A stretch of DNA of 64,000 nt from Malacoraja senta (lineage: Eukaryota). A model generated the notes under the pieces. That model did no database searches. It was not told where the DNA came from and saw only the letters and a list, made by a program, of their open reading frames with translations. Each line of letters starts with the position of its first letter. The stretch's first letter is position 1. A program made the position numbers and the translations under genes. Location: positions 82,522,001 to 82,586,000 of the forward strand of contig CM075977.1 of the NCBI GenBank assembly GCA_038087875.1. Reading direction: 5' to 3'. Below are positions 39,200 through 53,134 of this stretch, one piece after another.

Positions 39200-39945
39200 T
39201 TATTCATAATCATACTTTATTAGCCAAGTATGTTTTGCAACATACGAGGAATTTGATTTGCCATACAGTCATACCAATAAAAAGCACCAAAACACACAAA
39301 ATACATTTTAACATAAACATCCTCCACAGTGACGCCTCCACATTCCTCACTGTGATGGAAGGCAAGAAAAAAGTTCAATCTCTTCCCTTCTTTGTTCTCC
39401 TGTGGTCGGGGCGATCTTGGTTCCCTCAGCCGGTGGTCAGACCCTCCGCGTCGGGGCGATCAAGCTCCCACATCGGGGGGATCTCAGCTCCCCCACGCTG
39501 GGCGGTCAGACCCCGGGTCGGGGCTGGTCGAACCTCCTGCGACTTTGGAGCTTCCCGACATCAGCCTCTACCCGCGACTGCGAGCTCCTCGTTGGTGAAA
39601 TCCACAGGCCGCAGTTGGAGCGTCGATCCCAGGCAAGGGATCGCAGGCTCTGATGGTAAGTCCATGGCCCCGAGGTGGGGCTCAAAGTCAGTCTCGAGCA
39701 AAGCCGCCAGCTCCATGATGTTAGGCCGCAGAACGACCGGAGATACGATTCGGAAAACAATCGAATCTCCGGCAAGGTAAGAGATTGAAAAAGAGTTTCC
39801 CTCTCCCACACCCACAACCACCCACATAAAACAAACCAGAGAACATTAACAAAAACTTTTAAAAATACACTAAAAACAACAAAAAAAGACTAAAAGAGAC
39901 AGACCGTTGGTGAGGCTACCACCGCTGACGGCGCTACCCGGTGGA
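39200..39945 (-). mobile_element. CpG-rich non-autonomous retroelement with LINE-type 3' tail
   Basis: Minus-strand end cttggctaataaagtatgattatg resembles the short LINE tails scattered in the window; GC-rich body with no recognisable ORF. Family not determined. Confidence 0.45.
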
Positions 39946-40877
39946 AATGGCCAACTAGTGCATTTTTTGTTCTACAAAGTTCAGTTTTAGTTTAGTTTAT
40001 TGTGTAGTGAAAAGCTTTTGTTACAAAATTGAAACTTGAGATCCAAAAACCAATGTAAATCAAAACAGAATTATTTCTGGACCTCAAATGACTACATTTC
40101 CAGTGGGTTTGTTTTTTGGGGAAATCCACAAAATATGGGGGGACTCTCTGGGGACTAAGTATCTAATCATCAAACAGTAGTTATTGCTTTTGTAATATCT
40201 GTCTTCCAAGGAAAGAAAATAATGGTTTCTTGTAAAATTAGGTCTGAAAAATTGGAATCAAATTTTAATGTGGGGGGGTGGGGTGTAGAGAATGTGGCAT
40301 TTTCTAAGTCTGCTTGTAGAATAGTATAGATTAGAGCGCAAGTGTCAGGGACTGCCTCGTAGATGTAGAGTTCCCTGAATTTAAGTTACTCAAACTATAG
40401 AGAACAGCCTTTAAGGTTTATAATTCTAATGTAACTTTTTGTGCAATTGGATCACTTTTGTGAGATGCCAGGCCCAACTCCCCACTAAGCTGCAATTCTT
40501 CATATTGAGTTAATTGACAGTTTTACTGATGAAATTTATCTTAAAAGCTCCTCAAATTTACAATGTATATATTTTTGATTTATTGTTCAAATGAATAGTG
40601 TCTTACTATCTTCTGCACGTTTAAAAAAAATTAATTTTGGGAATTAGAACACATATTTTAAAGAGAGGCAACTTCTCCAGTTGTTCCATGATGGTATTAG
40701 TTTAAGATTGAAGCTAAGAGATTGAAGAGTGAAGTTAGATGCAATTCCTCATGCTAAGTGCTATTGGAGCATGTCAATAGATAAATGTTGCAAAGATTAA
40801 GAAAAACAAAAGTGATAATTAGTTTTGGTGGTAGAAAGCACAGGGTAATGAGCAGTCAAATATAACATGTCATATTT

Positions 40878-41180
40878 GGGCAGCACAGTGGCGCAGCGAT
40901 AGAGAGCCAGAGTCCTATGTTTGACTCTGACTAGGGGTGTTGTCTGAGGACTCTGTACATTTTCCTCGTGACTGTGTAGGTTTTCTCCAGGTGCACGGGT
41001 TTCCTCCCTCATTCCAAAGACGTGCATGTTTGTAGGTTAAGTGTCTTTTGTAAATTGCCCCTAATGTGTATGATGCGAAAGTGGGATAACATAAAACTGG
41101 TGTATGGATGATTGATGGTTGATGTGGACTCGTGGGCTGAATGACCTGTTTCCACGCTGTATCTCTCAACAAAACTAAAC
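40878..41180 (+). mobile_element. HE1-like SINE
   Basis: ggcagcacagtggcgcagc head and shared body/tail. Confidence 0.75.
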
Positions 41181-42217
41181 TGTCTTCAGTGAAAATGTAT
41201 TTTAAGATTGGGGATTATGGGATAAGACACAGAAATTTATTTGTTTGTTATTTAAAGTCATTCTATTCAATTTTCTCATCCAATTGGCTTGTTCACATTT
41301 CATAAGGTGCAAAAGTTTAATAATGTCATCATTCCGGCAGTTTCAATGGCAGGAGTATGTAAGTCTACATAGCCATTTTAAACACGAACAAAGGACTTTA
41401 TGATGGAAGCAGTAGACGGACCTTTCATGCATATGTAAGATTTTTAATATGCAGAGGCATACATTCGTGATGTGGTAAAGTTCTCAGTAGTATTTGCACA
41501 TAAAGGAAAATTAGATTTCTCTTTTTAAAAGCCAAAATAAAAATATACATGAACATTTTACCTTTCTTATGTTTTCACAGATACATGGCACTTTTATATT
41601 GAAATAATTCTGGTCTTTTGAGACTTTTGGATTCACACAATTAGTATTTTGGTGCTGTGATTCTTGATGAATAGAAAGCAAGAAAGAACTGAACTTCCCT
41701 TATCATTCCCTTATTCCGTTATCATGTATATATACACTGTAAATGGATCGATTGTAATCGTGTATTGTCTCTCTGCTGACTGGTAAGCACGCAAGAAAAA
41801 CTTTTCCCTGTACCTCGGTCCATGTTACAATAAACTAAACTGACTGAACTGAACATTTCAGGATGAAAAACTATTTCCAAAGTGGCATTTTTATTATAGT
41901 GGTGTAATAGCAGCCAATTTGGACACTGCCTTTAGAAAGGACAAACCAATATAACCAGTCATTGTGGCATCTTTTTATGACCTCTCAATTCAGCTATGCA
42001 AACTACATATTTCAACATAAAAATTTCAGTGAAATATTTTGCATGTCTAAACTAAACTAAATGTTCTGGCGTAATGAAAGTTTCTTTCAGGCCTTTCTCC
42101 TCGAACTTGTAAAAGTTGTCAAAAAGGATGTTTTATATTAAACAGCTCGGCTAGTTTATTTCAAAATAGCTGAGGTTCATTTGACTAATTTTGTTGATCT
42201 TGCGCAGAAAGTTTTAA

Positions 42218-42395
42218 GGAGAGAGGAATGGGTGACGCTTTGGGTCGAGAGCCATCTTCAAACTGAAGAAAGGTCTCAACCCAAAACGTCACCCATGCCT
42301 TTTCTCCGGAGTTGCTGCCTGTTCCGCTGAGTTACTCTAGCATTTTGTGTCTATCTCTGGTGTATAACCAGCATCTGCAGTTCCTTGCTACACAA
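42218..42395. mobile_element. Penelope-derived fold-back mini-element with two opposed degenerate hammerheads
   Basis: ggtgacgctttgggtcgagagccatcttca-aac-tgaagaaaggtctcaacccaaaacgtcaccc. Confidence 0.75.
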
Positions 42396-42904
42396 TAACA
42401 TTAAAAATATTAACAATTAAAAATATGGCTGTAACTTCTCGTATCCACATGCATTATCAACTACAGAAATCATGAAATTACTGTCCAGGTTTCTATGCTC
42501 ACTGGCAGGTTTTATGTTGGAACCTCACCAAGGGGTCTGCTATGAAAATTCAGATACGTGAAGGTCCTCTGTGAATAAATAGCACTAAATATGACCAAAA
42601 ATCTTTTGGAGCTTTTTCATTTAAGTGTAAGTACATTTTTAACTTGGTGTTTTGAATCTTAATTGCGTCCAAACAACCTTCAAAGCATTGAACATTTAAT
42701 TATTTGATTGCATTCTTTGAAATATTAAATTTTCCAATGACATAGTTACCATTCAAAACTCTATTGAAAGTGTTAGAGCAACTGCAAGCACAATGAATGA
42801 CATTGCCTTTTGTTCTCCACAGACAGCTAAATCAGGGCCATTGTTACGGAAAGGGAATACTTTTGGAATACATTTCTCAATGTAGTGTTATTTCAGTAGG
42901 AACA

Positions 42905-43206
42905 ATCAGTGGCGCAGTTGGTAGAGCTGCGGCCTCAGTGCAAGAGACCCGGGTTCAATCCTGACCTCGGGTGCTATCTGTGTGGAGTTTGCATGTTCTC
43001 CCTGTGACCGCATGCCATTCCTCCGGGTGCTCTGGTGTCCTCGTGCGGGTTTGTAGGTTAATTAGCCTCTGTAAATTTCCCTTAATATGCAGGGAGTGGA
43101 TGAGAAAGTGGGATAATATAGAGCTAGTGTGAATGGGTGAACGATGGTCGGTGTGGACACGGCGGAGCAGAAGCCCTGTTTCTATGTTGTATCTTTCAAT
43201 CAATCA
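42905..43206 (+). mobile_element. HE1-like SINE
   Basis: Pol III A box TGGCGCAGTTGG (42910-42921), B box GGTTCAATCC (42952-42961), shared body and tail. Confidence 0.85.
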
Positions 43207-43346
43207 AAAAAAGTTCTTAAAAGATCTAATTAAGTAGAGAATTAAAAAAGGACGTATGAATATGGCTTGCAGTGGAAATGGATTCAGACCTAAAGATAAT
43301 GGAAAGTTAATACAGACCTGCATACAGAGTGTTAAATTAACTGTAT

Positions 43347-46300
43347 TGTGGCTTAGGGCATTACGAACGCACGCTATTGGCTGGCGCCGTCGCGTGACCG
43401 CGGGTATGTTTTCGCGGGTTTTTGATTCAACAGTTAGTCAAGCTCCACCCGTGTAGCAGGAGCTTTGTTTTATTTGGCTGACCCAGAACGCAGTTGAGTT
43501 ACTCGCTTTGTTTGCTGTTTTCAAATAAAGAATTTTATTTTACTCAACTGACTCGTCTCTCGTCTCGCCAAAGTGGTGGCCCCATCGGTTCAATCGTGAA
43601 ATCGGACCTCAACCATGAATGCCACCGCTAACCTCGACACCCAGCCCGCCCAGCAAAACGCTGTGGGCCTGAAACTGCCCGTTTTCTGGGCGGTGCAGCC
43701 GCAAGTGTGGTTCGCCCACATTGAGGCCCAGTTCGAACTCCGTAATATAGTTACGGATGCCACTCACTATTTCTACGTGGTTGGGGCTCTCAGTCAAGAG
43801 ACTGCCACCCGTTTGCTGCCTTGCCTGCAGGATCTACTCGCGATCGGCAAGTACGAGGGCCACAAGATGCTGCTGCTCCGCACTTTCGGGCTCAGCCGCC
43901 GCGATCGCGCCGCCCGCCTTCTCCAGATGGACGGCCTCGGCGATCACAAACCGTCCGCGCTCATGAGCGAGTTGCTCGCTCTGATGGACGTCCACCAGCC
44001 CTGCCTGCTTTTCGAGCAGGCCTTCCTGGAGCAGATGCCCGATGACATCCGCCTGCTCCTCGCTGGTTTGGACTTTGCCGACCCCCTGCAGCTCGCCGAA
44101 CGGGCCGACGAACTATGGCTCGCCAAGCAGCAGGAAGGTGGGTCCATCAATCGGGTTTCCGCGCCCACGCACCAGCAGCCTCGCAGAGACGTCCAACCCT
44201 CCGCTGCCATCACCGCACCGTAGCCGCCTGCCAGAGACCGTGGTAAGCGCCAGTGGTGTTACTACCACCAACACTGGGGTACCGAGGCTCGCTGATGCCG
44301 CGCCCCATGCTCGTTTTCCGGTAATGCCTCGGCCGATCTTCAATGAAGGCTATCGCGATCGGCCAGAATCACCGCCTCTACGTTCGGGATCACTGCTCCG
44401 GGCTTCGTTTCCTCGTCGACTCCGGGGCTGTTGTGAGCATCCTCCCCCCGACTGGACTGGGCACCCGTGCCGGTAAGCGAGGCCCCGTCCTGACCGCCGT
44501 CAACTGTAGCCCCATCCGCAAATATGGCACGTGGACTCTTTCCCTCTTCTTCGACTCCCGCCCGTATTCGTGGACGTTTACCGTCGCGGACGGGTCCCAA
44601 CTGTTGCTGGACGCCGATTTCCTCCGGGCCTTTTCGTTACTGGTGGACGCCTCGTTTCCCCAGAGTCCCCCAGGCCCACGGCCTGTAGACCCTTTCAGCC
44701 CGCAGCTGGGCACGGTGGCTGATGGGGATGGCCCGTATTTCTCCCTGCTCGCCAATTTCCCGGCGCTTCTGACCCCCCCCCCCCCCCGTTTTCGAGCAAC
44801 CGCTCTTAAGCACGGGGTGGTGCACCACATCCCCACCGCGGGCCCCACACTGCATGCACAGGTGCGCAGGCTCCCGCCAGACAAGTTGCGGATTGCGAAG
44901 GAGGACTTCCGCCAGATGGAGGACATGGGAAATGTGCGGCGCTCTGTCTGCTAGTGGGCATCCCCATTGCACATGGTCCCTAAATCATCTGGGGGGTGGA
45001 GACCGTGCTACGATTATCGGCATTTAAATGCCATCATGACTGCGAACTGCTACCCGGTCCCGCATATCTAAGATTTCACGGCCCATCTGGAGGGTGCCAC
45101 CTTTTTTCCCCAAGGTGGACCTGGTGCGCGACTACCACCAGATCTCCGTCCACCCCGATGATGTGCCCAAGACCGCTACCATCACCCCGTTTGGGTTAAA
45201 GAATGCCGCGCAGGCTTTCCAACGGCTCATGGACATGGTGGGTCGTGGGTTAGAGTTTGTCTTCATCTATCTGGACGACATTCTGGTCGCTAGCCGCTCC
45301 CAACAGGAACACTGCACGTACCTACGGGCGCTGTTCCAGCAGCTCCAAGATCACGGGCTTGTCATCAGCCCTTCCAAGTGCCAGTTCGACCTGTGCTCCA
45401 TTTCCTTCCTGGGACATCATGTCACCTCGCAGGGAACGGCCCCGCTGCCCACTAAAGTGGAGGCCATTCAACAGTTTCCTTGGCCGCTCACCGTCAAGGG
45501 GCTGCAGGAGTTTGTTGGTATGGTGAACTTTTATCATCGCTTTGTGCCGGTGGCTGCCCGGATCATGCGCCCTTTGTTTCAGTGCCTCGCCGGTAAAGCA
45601 CAGGACCTCGTGTGGACCGCCGAGGCTGTGGCTACGTTCGATGGTGCGAAGGAGGCGTTGGCCAAGGCCACCATGCTGGTGCATCTGCGGGCCGCTGCCC
45701 CGACTGCCCTCACAGTGGACGCCTCTGATACGGCTGTCGGAGGGGTGCTCGGCAGCTCATCGACGGCCACTGGCCTTTTTTAGCCGTCACCTGCGACCCC
45801 TGGAGCGCAGCTACAGTGCCTTCGACCGGGAGCTCCTCGCCCTTTATTTGGCCGTACGTCATTTTCGGTACTTCCTGGAGGGCAGGCCCTTCACTGATCA
45901 CAAGCCCCTGACGTTCGCCTAGGCCAAGGTGTCCGACCCCTGGTCCGCTCGTTAACAGCGGCACCTGGCTTTTGTGTCTCAGTTTACCAAGGACGTTCAC
46001 CATGTGGCCGGCAAGCTCAACCTGGTTGCGGATGCTTTGTCTCGTCCTGCTCTCCCGGCTGTGGCAGCCGTAGACCCCGGCATGGATTATGCGGTGCTCG
46101 CCGAAGCACAACGCGAGGGTGGTGAGATGGACAGTTACAGGACGGCTGCCTCTGGGTTGAGGTTGGCCGATGTCCCTTTCGGCCCAACAGGGGTGTCGGT
46201 CCTATGTGACGTGACCACGCCCCATTGTCCCCATGGGTTGGCAGCGACGGGTTTTCGACGCCATCCATGGCCTGGCACACCCTTCCATCCGGGCGACTTC

Positions 46301-47040
46301 TGCGCTGGTGACGGACAAGTTCATCTGGCAGGGCCTTCGTAAGCAGGTCACGGTCTGGGCCAGAGCCTGCATTCCCTGCCAGACGTCGAAGGTCCAACAA
46401 CATGTGTGGGCTCTGGTGCAAGATTTTGTGGTTCCCTCTGGCCGTTTCCGGCACGTACATGTCGATTTGGTGGGGCCCATTGCCGCCATCTCGCAGTGCC
46501 TCGCACCTGCTCACCGTCGTTGATCGTTTTACAAGGTGGCCTGAGGCAATTCCGCTGGCCGATACCTCCACCGTGTCTTGTTCTCGTGCCTGAGGATATT
46601 TCCACCGACCGGGGTGACTCAATTCACTTCAGCTTTGTGGTCGACTTTGGCGCAGCTGTACGGGGCGCAGTTGCACCACACCACCACCTATCACCCTCAG
46701 GCCAATGGGTTAGTGGAGCGTTTCCACCGACATCTGAAATCGGCGCTAAAGGCACGGCTCACGGGCCCGGACTGGGTCGACCAGTTCCCTTGGGTGTTGT
46801 TGGGCATCCGTACGGCCCTCCAGAACTGGTGTACGGCTCCCCACTGTGGGTACCTGGGGATTTACTTTCTGCGGCTCGGGGGCAGCCGGAGCCAGCCTCG
46901 GCATTCTGATGATTCGTCGGGAGAAAGTGAGCAGCCTGGCTCCTATTCCAACCTCGCGGCATGGGACTGCTCCGGTGTATGTGCCGCCGGAGCTTAAGAA
47001 CAGTCTGTTTGTATTCCTCCGTAGGCTGCAGCGGATTTAC
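43347..47040 (+). mobile_element. Second CsRn1-like Gypsy element, 3'-truncated (5' LTR 43347-43572, no 3' LTR)
   Basis: 226-bp LTR TGTGGC...GCCAAA, degenerate PBS TGGTGGCCCC; gag LKLPVFWAVQPQVWFAHIEAQF...WCYYHQHWG..R*CRAPC, PR LVDSGA, RT YLDD, RH VDASD, IN HPQANGLVERFHR; many stops and frameshifts. Confidence 0.92.
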
Positions 47041-47462
47041 TAATTGCTCTGAATACTCTTGATCTTGAAGTTAGAAGCCCACCTCGATTTAACAGGCCCA
47101 GGATTTCCTCTGTTCTGAAATTACTTTTAATCTGCACCTAGACTTGTCAAATTTCAACAATGTGCTCAGTAATCAGGAAATTTGCTAATGAGGAATTCTT
47201 TGTCATAAACCAGGAAGTTATAGACTTGTAGTTCACATTATAATTACAAATAGCTCATCAAATAATTTCAAACTCGTATGTTCTCAAGTATTGTGGAAAT
47301 GTTTCCCCATATGTATAAAATATGTACAACAGTCTGAGAAGTTGTTCAGAAGCAGTTATGACTTGTTAGGCTGTTAAAGACTTGGTCAATTTTGACCAAA
47401 AATCTTTTTTTAGTGGTTCTAAAAGTGAGAATTGCGTAAAAGTTTAAATGTCAATTCATTTT

Positions 47463-50400
47463 TTTTTATTTTTTTTTTAAATAATTTTTTTAATAGAAGT
47501 ACGGTAGATTACAGTAATGTACAACACGTATATATTAATACATTTTTTGTACCGCTTCACTTTTTTAAACTTTAAGAAAGAAAAAGAAAGAAGTAAGAAA
47601 AGTGAAGAAAGTGCGCAAAGGTTGTGAAGTGCAAAAGAGTGTTGGGAAAAGAAAGCCCCTTAGAAAAGAAGTTAGAGAAGGAAGTAAAGTTAGAAAATAG
47701 ACCCTAGAAAAGAAAGAGAAAGAAAGAAGGAACAATCGCTCTATTATAACTCTTATAACATACTTCATAGAGAAGGAACTACCAACCAAGTCTGTTTTTA
47801 TTTTACCTCCCATTACCAGGTCCAGATACCTTTTATTTATTTATTTGTTTTTCTAAATTACTATTGCACCTCATGCTTGTAATAGGTCCAAAAATGTAGA
47901 CCACGTCTTTTGAAATTGGTCTACTTTGCCTACTAGGAGGAATCTCATCTCTTCCAGATGTAATGTTTCCAACATATTTGATGTCCACATTTTTATTGTT
48001 GGTGTGGGCGCATTTTTCCAGAATTTAAGTATAAGCTTTTTTCCCATTATTAGCCCATAATTGAGTAAATTCTTCTGATACACGTTTAATTCAGGAATAC
48101 CTTCCGATATTCCAAAAATAATCCATTCTGGTTTTGGTACCAGTTTTATTTTGATTAATTTTGAAAAAATATCAAATATTTCAAACCAGAATTTTTGGAT
48201 TTTTGTACAAAAAACAAAAGAATGTGCTATGGTAGCTTCTTGACATATACATTTATCACAGATTGGTGAGACGTTAGGAAAGATTTTATTTAGTTTGGTT
48301 TTTGAATAATATAATCTATGTAATGTTTTAAATTGGATAAGCGTATGTCGTACGTTGATCGAGCATTTATGCACCTGTAATAAATGATTATCCCAACTCT
48401 CTTTTGAAATTTTTATACCTAGATCTTGTTCCCAATCTCTTCTAATTCCATCTGTTGTGGGTATTTCTATATTTAAGATGATATTATATAAGTATGATAT
48501 TAAATTAACTGATTCCGCCTTTGTCTTCATTGCTTCATCTAGTAAGTCGGAAGGCATATTATAATAATCTTTTGTGTGTGTTTTCAAATAGTCACAGATT
48601 TGTAGATATTTAAAATATTGATTATTTTTCAAATTATATTTCAGTTGTAGTTGTTGGAATGATAGTAATTTTTCTAATTCATACAGATCTTCGAGCGTTT
48701 TGATTCCCATTCTTTCCCATTGTATAAATGATTTATCTATGATTGAAGGTTTAAACGATGGGTTATTGACTATTGGTATTAAGAGAGATAGGTTTCTTAA
48801 TTTTAGATTCTGTTTTATTTGCTTCCATGTTCTAATAGTGCTATATATAATTGGATTTTTATTATAATTTTTATTATTCAAATTTATTGGAGAGAGAATA
48901 ATCGCTCCTATATTATTCGGGGAGCAATCCCCTTTTTCCATTATAATCCAGTCCACCTGCTGGGCAGAATTGTCCAGCAGGTGAATCATATTTTTAATAT
49001 TTACTGCCCAGTTATAATACATAAAGTTAGGGAGCGCTAGACCCCCCAACTATTTTCGTTTGTTAAGGTGTGTTCTTTGTATTCTGTGGGATTTGTAATC
49101 CCATATAAAATTTGTAATGTCTGAGTCCAGTTTTTTGAAAAACTTTTTTGGGAGATATATAGGTATTGATTGAAATAGGTAAAGGATTTGTGGTAAGAAA
49201 ATCATTTTTATAGCATTTATCCTACCTATTAAGGACATCGGAAGTGTTTTCCAAAATTTAATCAAATTATTTAATTTCTTAAGTAGGGGATTATAATTAG
49301 CTTTAAACATATCATGGTAATTTCTAGTAATCTCAATTCCTAAATATTTGAATTTTTCCATAGCTATTTTAAAAGGGAATTTCCTGAGATGTGTTGAGTC
49401 TTTTGGTTTAATCGACATAATTTCACTTTTGTTCCAATTTATTCTATATCCTGAAAAGGATCCAAAGTCCTCAATTAAGTTTAATATATTTGGTATACTA
49501 ATTTGTGGTTTTGTGATGTACAGTAGTACATCATCAGCATATAGGGATAGTTTGTTGTTTGAATATTTTGTGTTATAACCGTGAATATTCGAGTGTGTTC
49601 TTATTTTTTCAGCAAGGGGTTCAATTACCAAAGCAAATAACAGCGGTGATAGTGAACATCCTTGTCTGTTGCCCCTAGATAATTCGAATTTTGAAGATAA
49701 TATATTATTAGTTAGTATTCTAGCCGTAGGTTTGTTATATAGTAGTTTTATCCATGCAATAAAGTTTTCTCCCAATTGGAATTTTTGCAATACTTTGATC
49801 ATATAGTCCCATTCTACTTGATCAAACGCTTTTTCTGCGTCCAGTGAGATGATAGCTAACTCTTGGTCATAAGATTTATGTGAATGCATTATGTTAAGCA
49901 AACGTCTCAAATTATTAAATGAGTGTCTCTTAGGTATAAATCCTGTTTGATCCTCATGTATTAGTCTACTAACATACTTGCTTAATCTATTGGCTAATGT
50001 TTTTGCTATTATTTTCTGATCCGTATTTAACAAAGCAATAGCTCTATATGATCCTGGTTCTTCTATATTTTTATCTTTTTTAAGTATTAATATGATCGTT
50101 GATTCCGCTAGTGTTTCAGGTAGGTTTTGCTCTTTATAAGCATATGTATACATTTTTTGTAATCGTGGAGTAACTATATCATAAAAAGATTTATAAAATT
50201 CATTACTGAATCCGTCTGGTCCTGGTGTTTTTCCATTTTTTAGTGTTTTTATTGTGTCTTCTATCTCCTTAGAAGTAATTTGTGCTCCCAGTTCCTCTTG
50301 TTCCCTGCGTTCTAATTGTGGTAGATTACAATTATCTAAAAATTCTGAGATTTTATTATTGTCTATTGACGTTTTAGATGTGTATAGATTCTGGTAAAAT

Positions 50401-51857
50401 TGAGCAAATCTTTTATTAATATCCTTGGGTAGTGTTAATACTTCCCCTCTATCTGATTTAATCTTTAATATTGCATTCTCTTTTTCCCGTTTTTTAAGTT
50501 GTCGTGCTAGAAGTTTGTGGGGTTTGTCCCCGAATTCGAAGTGTTCTTGTTTTGTGATTTGAAATAATGTTATAACTTTCTCTGACAGTAATTTATTTAA
50601 CTGAAATTTCAGTAGTAGTATTTTATTATGTTTATCCATAGTTGGGTCTTTAGCATTATCTATATCTAACTGTTTTATTTGATCTTCTAAGTGTCTTTGT
50701 TCATTCTTATTCTTTTTATTTTGATAAGCTTGAAATGAAATAATGACTCCTCTTATAAATGCTTTGAAGGATTCCCATAATAACGTGGGGGATATCTCTG
50801 GTGTATCATTTAACTCAAAAAATAGATCCATCTGTTTTTTTAGATAGATACTCCCTTGAGGGTCTTTTAAAATTTGTGAGTTAAACCTCCAGAACGGTTT
50901 ATTCATAGACATTCCTTCTAGTTTTAGAACAAAAGTTAACGGAGAATGATCTGAGATCGCATTAATATGATATTTAGGATTCAGAGATTGCGAAATTAAT
51001 TTTGTATCCACAAGAAAATAGTCTATCCGTGAATATGTTTTATGCACCATTGAATAAAACGAGTAATCCCTTCCCGTCGGGTTTGCAATCCTCCATACAT
51101 CTGTTATATTTGTGTTTTCCATATATGTGTGTAAGAGTTCACTGGTTTTAGATTTCGTCTGACCTTTTTGTTTTTGCATCGATTTATCTAAATAAGGATC
51201 TAAAACACAATTAAAATCTCCTCCGATTATAACATTTTGATAATTAGATTCTGCAATTATATTCAGAATTTTATTAAAAAATTGAGGGTTATCAAAGTTG
51301 GGCGCATATATGTTTACCAGCGTAATTGGCATATTATTGATCTCCCCTGCTACTATAAGATATCTCCCTTCCTTATCTAAAATAGTGTTCTTTGATTTAA
51401 ATGGAATTCCTTTACGAATAATAATTGCAGTACCTCTAGATTTGGAGGTAAATGAAGAGTGAAATGTTTGGCCTATCCAGTTCGCCCTCAGTCTTGTCTG
51501 ATCTTGCTGTTTAAGATGTGTTTCCTGTAGAAACGCAATGTCCGTGTTGTATGATTTCAACTGAGCTAGTATCTTGCCCCTTTTAATAGGTTCATTAATC
51601 CCCCTTATATTCCAACTACATAATGTGATTCCTCCTATTTTCTTTTGATTGTCGTCATGCATTTAATAATTAACAATACTAATATAGAAATAATATTTGA
51701 AACTGATAAAACTGTGGTGCCTGCGTCATAACGCAGACAGCAGTTATCACCTATGTTCGCAGCTCGTGGAGAGGAGAGGAGATCAGGCACCTGGCACAAT
51801 TCCAGGAACCTGACTCCGGTTAATCCACTCAGTAAACCGCTCACTTTAACAATACTA
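47463..51857 (-). mobile_element. 5'-truncated L1 (LINE-1) with poly(A) tail and TSD
   Basis: TSD AATTCATTTT at 47453-47462 and 51858-51867; reconstructed target TTTT/AA; poly(T) at the left end; no ORF1. Confidence 0.93.
47871..51662 (-). pseudogene. L1 ORF2 (APE endonuclease + RT + C-terminal Cys-rich), one in-frame TAG at 49052-49050
   Basis: SWNIRG, LQETH, GGDFN, SRIDY, SDHSP; PGPDG, SLDAEKAF, RQGCSLSP, YADD, YLG; GGLALP; CDKC...H...C. The two ORF halves abut in frame. Confidence 0.93.
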
Positions 51858-52514
51858 AATTCATTTTAAAATAGTTAAGAGATAAAGAGTGAAAATTTGC
51901 TGAAAATCACATGACTGTTGATTGCAATTTTAATTTACTCTAAAATTGGGTTTCCTTGGCTAACATGTAATTTCATTTCAGTAGTAAAGTACTATTTGAT
52001 GCAACTCCTTCATGGTTGATCAGTTTATAAAATATCCCTCTTTAGCCATTGACTCTCCAGACAACATGCATCCCTGCAATTAAAACTACATTTTTCAGTT
52101 GATTTAATCATTCAATATTTTTTTTAATTGGAAGCATCTTTGCGAAGCACACACACAGGCTGGTAAAGAGTGTACTTAAGACTGTTAGAAATAGATTTAG
52201 TTTGGAGTATATTTTTATCCTAATAAGGTCAAAACACTATTAACACTGACAATGATTTTCCAGTCATGATTGTAAATAGCTAAGAATAGAGCATTAAAAA
52301 TCTATAATGCAAGAATGCAAATTTTTTTTTAGTATTCATTTTTACCTGCCTGGAACCATTTGCTAATTTGATAATAAATATCTGATCCTCATGAATGTGG
52401 ATAATAGTTCAATATGTTATTACAAATATAGAACTGTGACCAAACAGTAGCCTGGGGATAGAGGATGAAGATGTGTAACTTTCTGAATCGGTATTCATTG
52501 AAGAGGGAAATTAA

Positions 52515-52792
52515 GTGGCACAGCTGGTAGAGGTGCTGCCTTGCAGGGCCAGAGATCCAGCTGTCTGCGTGGAGTTTGCATGTTCTCACATGGATTTCCT
52601 GTGGGTGCTCTGGTTTCCTCCCATGTCCCAAAGAGGTGCGAATTTGTAGATTAAGTGAACTTTGTACAATTGACCCTAATGTGCAATGTGTGGATGCGAA
52701 AGTGGGATAATAGAGAACTAGTATGAACAGGTGATCGATGGTCAGCGTGGAATCGGTGGACCAAAGTGCCTGTTTCCATGCTGTCGTTTTCA
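52515..52792 (+). mobile_element. HE1-like SINE
   Basis: agtggcacagctggtagag head and shared body. Confidence 0.75.
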
Positions 52793-53134
52793 ATAAGTAG
52801 ACAATAATATTGTGGAATAATATAAAATCTTTCATAAGTTGCAGTATTATTTTAGATGCCCACTTGGAGATAATGACCCTCCGGGTCTTTCATCATTTAC
52901 AGCAATTTTGTTGCTTGAATTTGCTGGATCTCCTTCGGCAGTGGTACAGATACCATAACTGAAAGAACGAGGGATGAATGTATTAAAGCGTATAACATCT
53001 TTAACATCTTCAATGGTACATTTTAAAAGGCTTTTTATAATAGCCAAGAGGAAATGAAATGGCTCTATCATTTTTCGGTGTTTTTTGCTGGGCATATAAG
53101 ATTGAGATGGTTGCTGAGACCATACTGAAGTTTT

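Noticed and set aside
42905-42975. tRNA gene
   Set aside because: The A and B boxes belong to the tRNA-derived head of an HE1-like SINE and continue into the SINE body.
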